Shown here: in pieces, positions 52,266 to 59,706 of the stretch
How positions within the stretch are numbered: position 1 is the first letter of the stretch
Layout of the letters: the number at the start of each line of letters is the position of its first letter
Origin: an uncultured Prevotellaceae bacterium
Lineage (GTDB): Bacteria; Bacteroidota; Bacteroidia; Bacteroidales; Muribaculaceae
Direction of reading: 5' to 3'
NCBI GenBank assembly: GCA_937898675.1
Contig: CALEJB010000045.1
Span: 67,155-131,154, forward strand
DNA length: 64,000 nucleotides
Notes under the pieces: model-generated
Told to the model about the DNA's origin: nothing
The model's input: only the letters and a program-made list of their open reading frames with translations
Database searches by the model: none
Made by a program: the position numbers and the translations under genes

Positions 52266-54611
52266 ATGAAAAGATTGGTATTTGCAATTGTTACAATTGC
52301 TGTTATTTCAATTGGTTACGCCCAGTTGCAACGCGTCTTGCCGCCATCGGTCGAGCGATTCTATGGCGAAAGAGCCTTGGCGGAGCGGCTGGACAACAGC
52401 GGCAACACTCATGCGAAAGCAATGTTGAAACCCACAATGGCCTCGCCGCGCATGATTGACGGTGTGGAGATGATAGACGCCTTTATCTCGATTGACAACG
52501 AGGGCGTGATCAACTCACTCAAGGCCGACGGCGTTATAGTAAACTGCACGTTTGACGGCTTTGTCACGGCACAGATTCCCGTGAACAAATTAACGGAGGT
52601 GTCGCTGATGAAGGGTGTGACCGATGTGGAAATCAGCCCGATCGCATATATGAGCAGCGACAGCACTCTTGTATGTACCAACGCCGGCAACGTGATTGAC
52701 GGCATGAACCATGGTCTGCCGCAGGATTATGACGGGACGGGCGTGGTTATCGGCATCATCGACAACGGATTTGACTTCCAGCACATCGCCTTCAGGCGGG
52801 CGGACGACACGACGAGGACACGCATCGTGCGCGTGTATGACCCGCAAGATACGGTGGGTCATCCCGCAAAGGCGGGCACCTCGACGCTGCCCGGGCTGGT
52901 GCGCATGGGCGACGAAATCTACGGGCTGACCTATGACCTGGACAAAAGCCACGGCACCCATGTAGCGGGCATCGCCGCCGGCACCCACGTGGGCGGATAT
53001 GGCGGCATGGCGCCGGGCGCAGACATCGTGTTGTGCGTATCGAGAACGCTGAACAACCAGGGCATCATGCTCACCGAGGTGGCCAATTGCATGAAATACA
53101 TCTTCGCCTATGCCGACAGCGTGGGCAAGCCGTGTGTGGTCAACCTGAGTTACAGCACCGCCGACGGGGCTCACGACGGCAAGGATTACCTGTCGGCCGC
53201 CGTGGCGCAGTGCGTGGGCCCGGGCCGCATCTTCGTCACCTCGGCGGGCAACAACGGCCAGCGGCCCATCTATGCCAGCGGCCCCACGACCGTCAAGAAA
53301 CCATACCACATATTTTTTGAAACACTGTGCGACTTGCCCAGCGACCACAGCGTCAGCGCCGACAACACCTACTATTACGGCCTGTTCAACACCGATTCAT
53401 GGATCAGGGCCAGCGGCTCGCAGATGCATGCCAGCGGCCAGCCGGTGGTGAAGTTCCACATCTTTGACAGGATTGAGAAGCGCATCGTGTGGGAGTCGAA
53501 GGCCATTACCAGCAAAGACTCCATCTTTGAGGACTCCTACGGCGAGTATTACGAGCCCGACACGGCGGTGAGCAGCAAGAGTTACATGTATGCCATCACG
53601 CCGTTGAGCGTGAGGTCGAACAAATATGAAATCTCAACGCAGATCTACAATCTCAAGAGCAAGGAATACACTACCGACTCACTGGGCCGCAGGCTCAGCC
53701 GTTACCACATCGGGCTGACGGTGTATCCGCGCACGGCCGACAGCCTGTATGTGGACAGCTGGGTGTGCCGCGACGGCTATTGGATAGGCAAATACAACGA
53801 TGCGGTGAACGTGGACAACATCACCGCCAGGGGCGACACCGCAGCCAGCCAGGCTGCCGGCTTTTACGCCGAGCCGAGCAATGCCTCGACGATGTGCCCC
53901 TATGCGGTGCACGACAGCGTCATCTCGGCCGGGGCATATTGCGCCCGCAACACCTATTACGCCCTGAACCGGGGCACCATTTTGACGGACATTTACAACA
54001 CGCCGGGCCGATATGCCACCTTCACGAGTTCGCAGACCGAGGGCTGCGGCCCCACGGGTAAAGCGCTGCCCACGGTGATGGCACCAGGCACCAATGTCGT
54101 GTCGGCGGTGAGCCGCTACTCTGAGTACAACACCCAGGAGAATAACAGCTACCTGGTGATGAGGACCGAAGACGGATATACCTATGCGACCATGAGCGGC
54201 ACATCGCTGGCTGCCCCCACGGTAGCCGGCATCGTTGCCCAATGGCTGCAGATCAACCCCAACCTTGCGCCAAGCGATGTCAAAGGCATCATTGCGCAGA
54301 CCGCCATCAAAGATGAGTTCACCCAAGACCCCAACAATTATTACCGCTATGGCCCCAACGGCAAGATTGACGCCATGGCCGGCGTGAAACTGCTGCTGGG
54401 CATTGACTACATCGTGGGCGACGTGAACGGTGACGGCAAGGTAGCGCCATCGGATATTTCGGCGCTCATTGACTACCTGTTGGGGAATAACCCTGAAGCA
54501 TTTGACGAACGCGGCGCCGACGTGAACCAGGACGGGCAAATCAAGCCTGACGACATCTCGCTGCTGATAGACATGCTGCTTGGGAACGTAGACCTCGAAT
54601 CGATTGACTGA
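52266..54611 (+). CDS. S8 subtilisin-like serine protease with C-terminal dockerin
   Basis: Signal peptide; IIDNG, HGTHVAG and GTSLAAP triad; duplicated Ca-loop GDVNGDG...ADVNQDG at 54417..54590. Confidence 0.9.
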   Translation: MKRLVFAIVTIAVISIGYAQLQRVLPPSVERFYGERALAERLDNSGNTHAKAMLKPTMASPRMIDGVEMIDAFISIDNEGVINSLKADGVIVNCTFDGFVTAQIPVNKLTEVSLMKGVTDVEISPIAYMSSDSTLVCTNAGNVIDGMNHGLPQDYDGTGVVIGIIDNGFDFQHIAFRRADDTTRTRIVRVYDPQDTVGHPAKAGTSTLPGLVRMGDEIYGLTYDLDKSHGTHVAGIAAGTHVGGYGGMAPGADIVLCVSRTLNNQGIMLTEVANCMKYIFAYADSVGKPCVVNLSYSTADGAHDGKDYLSAAVAQCVGPGRIFVTSAGNNGQRPIYASGPTTVKKPYHIFFETLCDLPSDHSVSADNTYYYGLFNTDSWIRASGSQMHASGQPVVKFHIFDRIEKRIVWESKAITSKDSIFEDSYGEYYEPDTAVSSKSYMYAITPLSVRSNKYEISTQIYNLKSKEYTTDSLGRRLSRYHIGLTVYPRTADSLYVDSWVCRDGYWIGKYNDAVNVDNITARGDTAASQAAGFYAEPSNASTMCPYAVHDSVISAGAYCARNTYYALNRGTILTDIYNTPGRYATFTSSQTEGCGPTGKALPTVMAPGTNVVSAVSRYSEYNTQENNSYLVMRTEDGYTYATMSGTSLAAPTVAGIVAQWLQINPNLAPSDVKGIIAQTAIKDEFTQDPNNYYRYGPNGKIDAMAGVKLLLGIDYIVGDVNGDGKVAPSDISALIDYLLGNNPEAFDERGADVNQDGQIKPDDISLLIDMLLGNVDLESID

Positions 54612-54617
54612 TACACA

Positions 54618-56867
54618 ATGACAAGAACAAGAGTTATCGCCATAGCCGCCCTGATGCTGCTGTGCAGCCGGGCAGCGGCGGCCCAAAGCTTGCTGCCTGT
54701 GTCGGTGCGGCAGTTCCTTGACGAATGCATCACCGGCACATCGGCCCGCCCCCCCTTTGCCAGGATGTACATGCCCCCTCGCGTTGTTGACGGGCGGCAG
54801 ATGATTGACGCATTCATTGCCATCCGGGACGAAAGCGCCATCGCCCTGCTCCAGTCGCACGGAGTTGCCGTCAACTGCCAGTTCGACGGATTTGTGACCG
54901 CCCAGATTCCAGTGGACAATCTGGCCGACGTGTCATGCCTGCCCGGGGTTACCGACGTGGAAATTGGCCGCAGGATGCAATTGTGCACCGACAGCACCCT
55001 GAGCGTCACCCGCGCAGGCGAAGTGCATGACGGCATCGGCCACGGCCTGCCATGGGCCTATACCGGCCGGGGCGTCATCGTCGGCGTCATTGACAGGGGC
55101 ATCGACTTCCAGCACCGGTCCTTCCGCCGCAGCGACGACACCACGCGCACCCGCATTGTCAGGGTTTATAACACCCATGACAATTCCGGTCACCCGAGCA
55201 CCTACATCAACAGCTACGGCAGCGAATTCAAGATGCCCGGCTCGGTGTTTATGGACGATGAAATCTACGCGCTCACGTCAGATGCCCCATCCGAGACCCA
55301 CGGCACACACACCACCAGCATCGCCGCCGGCGCTCACGTGGGCCAATATGGCGGCATGGCACCCGATGCCGACATCGTGGTCGCCACGCCCACCGTGCTT
55401 GACGGCAGCCTGTCCTCCACCGAGATTGCCAACTGCGCGCGTTACATCAGAGCCTATGCCGACAGCGTGGGCAAACCATGCGTGATGAGCATGAGCGTCA
55501 GCACGCCCAACGGGCAGCACGACGGCCAGGACTATCTGTCCAAAGCCCTCGAACAAGTAACCGGTCCCGGACGCATTTTTGTCATTGCCGCCGGCAACTG
55601 CGGCAACACGCCGGTATATGCCCACAAGCGAGCGTCGAAGGCTAACGCCCTCAACCTGCTATTCAAATGCGGGACGGCCGGTGCCGACTCGTCGTATAAC
55701 TACAGCCGCTGCATCACCGACATCTGGATGCGTGACCAAAACTGCAAGCCCAGTTACCAGCTTCACATCCTTGACAAGAACACCGGCCAAATTGTCTGGA
55801 CCAGCGACACACTCAACAAAAACCTCACCATCAAGACGTCGTCGTTGGGTGGCTACTTCACCTACGACCCCGCCGTTGACACCCTGGGTTACATACACAC
55901 CTATGTCAGTTTGTCCTCCTATGGCCGCAAATACCAGTTCCAGACATCCATCTACAATCTGGTATGCACGGGCGACAGCACCTCGGCCAGCGGCAAGCAC
56001 ATGAGCCGCTATGCCATCGGCGTCAGCATCTGGCCCTCACGCACCGAGCCCTGCGAAATTGACGCGTGGATGTGCAACAGCAACTGCGCATTTGCCACCT
56101 ACGGCAGTCCCGTAATTATGCCGGGCGGCGAGGCAATACCCCGTTTCTACTCGGCAGGGACAGACTCTTGCACCATCGGCACCTATGCCGTCAACGACGC
56201 CATTATCTCGGCAGGCGCCTATGTTGCCCGCAACAGCTATTACTCCATGACCCAGAACCGCATGGTTACCGACAACTCGGGCACCATTGGCGACATCGCA
56301 AAATTCTCAAGCTATCAGGCCGAGGGATACGGCCCCACCGGCGTGCCCCTGCCCACCGTGTGCGCTCCGGGCTTCAACGTGGTTGCCGCCGGCAGCCGTT
56401 ATTCAAACTATGCCCGCAACAGCGCTTACACCGTGATGAAGAGCGACGACGGCAGCCCGTGGTGCGTCATGAGCGGCACGTCGATGGCCGCCCCCACCGT
56501 GGCAGGCATCATCGCCCTGTGGCTGCAGGCCAATCCCAACCTGACCGTGGCACAAATCAAGGAAATCATCGCCGAGACGGCCATCAAGGACAGCTACACC
56601 GAGGGGGGCCACCATGCGCAATTCGGCGCCAACGGCAAGATTGACGCTATGGCGGGCATGGTCAGGGTGCTCGAGACCCTGCCCCACCCGCTGGGCGATG
56701 TCAACGCCGACGGCATCTTCGACGTTACAGACCTGTCGGCACTGATTGACCACCTGCTGGGCAACACGAAGGGGCTGTTCATTTCAACGGCTGCCGACAT
56801 CGACGGCAACGACCAGATTGATGTCCGCGACCTGTCGGCAATGATTGACCTGCTGCTCAACGAATAA
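54618..56867 (+). CDS. S8 subtilisin-like serine protease with C-terminal dockerin (tandem paralog)
   Basis: Signal peptide; VIDRG, HGTHTTS and GTSMAAP; GDVNADG...ADIDGND at 56694..56864. Confidence 0.9.
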   Translation: MTRTRVIAIAALMLLCSRAAAAQSLLPVSVRQFLDECITGTSARPPFARMYMPPRVVDGRQMIDAFIAIRDESAIALLQSHGVAVNCQFDGFVTAQIPVDNLADVSCLPGVTDVEIGRRMQLCTDSTLSVTRAGEVHDGIGHGLPWAYTGRGVIVGVIDRGIDFQHRSFRRSDDTTRTRIVRVYNTHDNSGHPSTYINSYGSEFKMPGSVFMDDEIYALTSDAPSETHGTHTTSIAAGAHVGQYGGMAPDADIVVATPTVLDGSLSSTEIANCARYIRAYADSVGKPCVMSMSVSTPNGQHDGQDYLSKALEQVTGPGRIFVIAAGNCGNTPVYAHKRASKANALNLLFKCGTAGADSSYNYSRCITDIWMRDQNCKPSYQLHILDKNTGQIVWTSDTLNKNLTIKTSSLGGYFTYDPAVDTLGYIHTYVSLSSYGRKYQFQTSIYNLVCTGDSTSASGKHMSRYAIGVSIWPSRTEPCEIDAWMCNSNCAFATYGSPVIMPGGEAIPRFYSAGTDSCTIGTYAVNDAIISAGAYVARNSYYSMTQNRMVTDNSGTIGDIAKFSSYQAEGYGPTGVPLPTVCAPGFNVVAAGSRYSNYARNSAYTVMKSDDGSPWCVMSGTSMAAPTVAGIIALWLQANPNLTVAQIKEIIAETAIKDSYTEGGHHAQFGANGKIDAMAGMVRVLETLPHPLGDVNADGIFDVTDLSALIDHLLGNTKGLFISTAADIDGNDQIDVRDLSAMIDLLLNE

Positions 56868-56890
56868 CCGTCATCCGGCCCAACAACAAC

Positions 56891-56930
56891 ACACAAGCGG
56901 ACTGCCAAGTCAATGGCGGCCCGCTTGTGT
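56891..56930. terminator. Hairpin after the second S8 gene
   Basis: ACACAAGCGG...CCGCTTGTGT stem between convergent genes. Confidence 0.65.
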
Positions 56931-56954
56931 TTATCCATCGTCATCAGGCATCTT

Positions 56955-57464
56955 TCAGCCCTGCTTTTTCTTCCATAGCCTGTTGATGATCCACCTCTTT
57001 TGATAGGTCACCTCAAACCACAGCCACAGCGCCATGGTGAGAATCACGGGCAAATATACATAGATGTACATATTCACCTCCTCATAAGTCATGCCCATGT
57101 CGCGTGCAATCAACGCCAGGTCGCCCACACAAGCGCTGAATTTATCGTGTATTGGGTTGCCAGTGTTGTAATTTTCATGAAAGACATTGCATTTTTCGTA
57201 AAAATTGATCAGCGTTGAGCCGATTAGGACAAAGCACCATGTAACGCAAGACGAAGCCATGAAATTAAGCGTACTCCAAACGGACATTTTCCTGACCCAA
57301 TTATACAATGCAGTTAAACACACCACCATGGCCATAACCATAAAGAAGATCGGCAGTCCATAGATACAAACATAGACACTTGCCTCCTCATAATTCAGGC
57401 CATACAGCAGCCCAAATACATACATCGCCCCGCAAAGGAGGCCAAAAATCAATTTAATTATCAT
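56955..57464 (-). CDS. Hypothetical membrane protein, AT-richer than flanks, with an internal repeat
   Basis: Hydrophobic helices; GLNYEEASVYVCIYGLP and GMTYEEVNMYIYVYLP. Confidence 0.7.
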   Translation of the reverse strand: MIIKLIFGLLCGAMYVFGLLYGLNYEEASVYVCIYGLPIFFMVMAMVVCLTALYNWVRKMSVWSTLNFMASSCVTWCFVLIGSTLINFYEKCNVFHENYNTGNPIHDKFSACVGDLALIARDMGMTYEEVNMYIYVYLPVILTMALWLWFEVTYQKRWIINRLWKKKQG

Positions 57465-57792
57465 GCGCTTTATTTACTCGTTTAATGACTCCCTTAACTG
57501 TGCCAGGCGCAACAGCACAGCAATTAAAATGTATGTAATGATTTTGCAGCACTCGATTCCCGCCACCGGAAACAAAAAGTCATCGCCGTAACAAGCGAGT
57601 TCGGCCATGCCGAGCATTCGAGCAACTATCTCAAACAATGTCGATATCGCGTTCATTAGCACCTGTCGATTGGTTAGTAAATCATTGTATAGTCCTTTAT
57701 CCCGTTTCTTGGGAAAAGGTAAACATTGGCCCACAAAACAAGCGGGCAACCAATTGCTTGACAGCCCGCTCGTTTATCTGTCAATCAGCGAC

Positions 57793-59316
57793 TTACTTGG
57801 TCACGTCGATTAGGCTGTGGCCGGTCATCTCCTTGGGCTGGTCGAGGCCCATGATTTGGAGAATCGACGGTGCCACGTCGGCGAGCCGGCCGTTGTTGAT
57901 GATAAGTTCGGGATTCTCGGTCACATAGATGACGGGAACGGGATTCAGCGAATGGGCCGTGTTGGGCGTGCCGTCGCTGTTGACCGCGTGGTCGGCATTG
58001 CCGTGGTCGGCGATGATGATGACCTCATAGCCCGTGGCGCGGGCGGCCTCAACGGTATCGTGCACACAGCGGTCCACTGCCGACACGGCTTTGCAGATGG
58101 CGTCATACACTCCCGTGTGGCCCACCATATCGCCGTTGGCATAGTTCACGACGATGAAGTCGTACTTGTCCTCGCGGATGGCCTCCACCAGTTTGTCGCG
58201 CACGATATAGGCGCTCATCTCAGGCTTCAGGTCATAGGTCGCCACATCGGGCGAAGGCACCAAGATGCGGTCCTCGCCGTCGAAGGGCTGCTCACGGCCG
58301 CCGCTAAAGAAGAATGTCACATGGGCATACTTCTCGGTCTCGGCGATGTGGAGCTGGCGCAGGCCCTTGCCCGACAGATACTCTGACAGCGTGTTGGCGA
58401 TGTTATCCTTGGGGAAAAGCACATGCACGCCGCTGAACTTGGGATCGTAGGGCGTCATGCAGTAGTATTGCAGGTCCTTGATGGTGTGCATGCCATCGTC
58501 GGGCTTGTCCTGCTGGGTGAGGGCGATAGTAATCTGCTTGGCGCGGTCGTTGCGGAAGTTGTAGAAGATAACCGTGTCGCCGTCCTGGATGCGGCCGTCT
58601 ACAGCACTGTTGACGATGGGCTTGATGAACTCGTCGGTCACGCCCTCGTCGTATGACTCCTGGATGGCGCGCACCATGTCGTCGCTGGCCTTGCCGATGC
58701 CCTGAGTGAGCATGTCCCAAGCCACCTTGATGCGGTCCCAGTTGTTGTTGCGGTCCATGGCATAGTAGCGGCCGATGACCGTCGCCACTGTGCCCGCACT
58801 GCTGTTGCAGTGCTCAATCACCTGGCTAACAAATGCCTTGCCGCTCTCGGGGTCGGTGTCGCGGCCGTCCATGAAGCAGTGCACATACACCTTGTCCAGG
58901 CCATACTCCTTGGCGATGTCACACAGCGCCATCAGGTGATCCATCGAGCTGTGGACGCCGCCCGTGCTTGTCAGGCCCATGATGTGCAGCGACTTGCCGC
59001 TGGCCTTGCAGTGGCTGTAGGCGTTGACAATCTCGGGGTTGTTGAGAATCGAGCGGTCCTCGATGCTCTTGTTGATTTTTACCAGGTCCTGATAAACGAC
59101 GCGGCCGCCGCCGATGTTCAGGTGGCCCACCTCGCTGTTGCCCATCTGCCCGTCGGGCAGCCCCACATCCTCGCCGCACGCCCTGAGGGTGCTATGAGGA
59201 TAGGCGGCGCGCAGGAAGTCGAGATAAGGCGTCGGCGTGCTGAAGATGGCGTTGCTGGTGCCGTTGGGTCCCTCACCCCAGCCGTCAAGAATCATTAACA
59301 ATGCTTTCTTTCCCAT
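57793..59316 (-). CDS. gpmI: 2,3-bisphosphoglycerate-independent phosphoglycerate mutase
   Basis: [34 protein letters not shown] and ADHGN motifs. Confidence 0.98.
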   Translation of the reverse strand: MGKKALLMILDGWGEGPNGTSNAIFSTPTPYLDFLRAAYPHSTLRACGEDVGLPDGQMGNSEVGHLNIGGGRVVYQDLVKINKSIEDRSILNNPEIVNAYSHCKASGKSLHIMGLTSTGGVHSSMDHLMALCDIAKEYGLDKVYVHCFMDGRDTDPESGKAFVSQVIEHCNSSAGTVATVIGRYYAMDRNNNWDRIKVAWDMLTQGIGKASDDMVRAIQESYDEGVTDEFIKPIVNSAVDGRIQDGDTVIFYNFRNDRAKQITIALTQQDKPDDGMHTIKDLQYYCMTPYDPKFSGVHVLFPKDNIANTLSEYLSGKGLRQLHIAETEKYAHVTFFFSGGREQPFDGEDRILVPSPDVATYDLKPEMSAYIVRDKLVEAIREDKYDFIVVNYANGDMVGHTGVYDAICKAVSAVDRCVHDTVEAARATGYEVIIIADHGNADHAVNSDGTPNTAHSLNPVPVIYVTENPELIINNGRLADVAPSILQIMGLDQPKEMTGHSLIDVTK

Positions 59317-59460
59317 AACAATCTTTTTATCTTGTTTTTATATTTTCAACTTTGGACTGCAAAGATACTACTTTCGGCCCTCACACGCAAATCAAAGCCG
59401 CAAAACGCATACAAAAAATCACAGCGACACTTGTTATTGCCGCCGCCACGGCAAAAAAAC

Positions 59461-59497
59461 AACGAGCCGCTGCGGAAATCTGCCGCAGCGGCTCGTT
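59461..59497 (-). terminator. Intrinsic terminator downstream of the dockerin-FGE gene
   Basis: Perfect 15-bp inverted repeat AACGAGCCGCTGCGG / CCGCAGCGGCTCGTT, followed on the minus strand by G and a T-run. Confidence 0.8.
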
Positions 59498-59623
59498 AAT
59501 CATTAATCTTTAATCATTACTCGCGGCGACAGCCGCCTAAAAATCGCGCCCTCGCTGCGCTCGGGCGATTTGACAGGCACGAGAAACGACTTCAATTGCA
59601 TATTAATTACTTTTGTCGCTGGA

Positions 59624-59686
59624 ACGGGATATGTTGGTTGGCATTGCGGGCTTGCGCACCGCTTTTGCCAAACCAACATATCCCGT
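59624..59686. repeat. Long inverted repeat just downstream of the terminal variable repeat (candidate DGR target hairpin)
   Basis: ACGGGATATGTTGGTTGGCA (59624..59643) vs TGCCAAACCAACATATCCCGT (59666..59686) with one bulge; inner GCGG/CCGC stem. Confidence 0.75.
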
Positions 59687-59706
59687 CATACAGAGAAGGG
59701 CAAGAA

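Noticed and set aside
56880..58750. AACAACAAC / GTTGTTGTT runs (about 56882, 58741, also about 13560) as a possible DGR template repeat
   Set aside because: Flanks do not match the VR scaffold (CGTGGCGGTAGCTGG, CTTGGGTTGCGCCTT); they lie in a terminator region, gpmI and the flippase.
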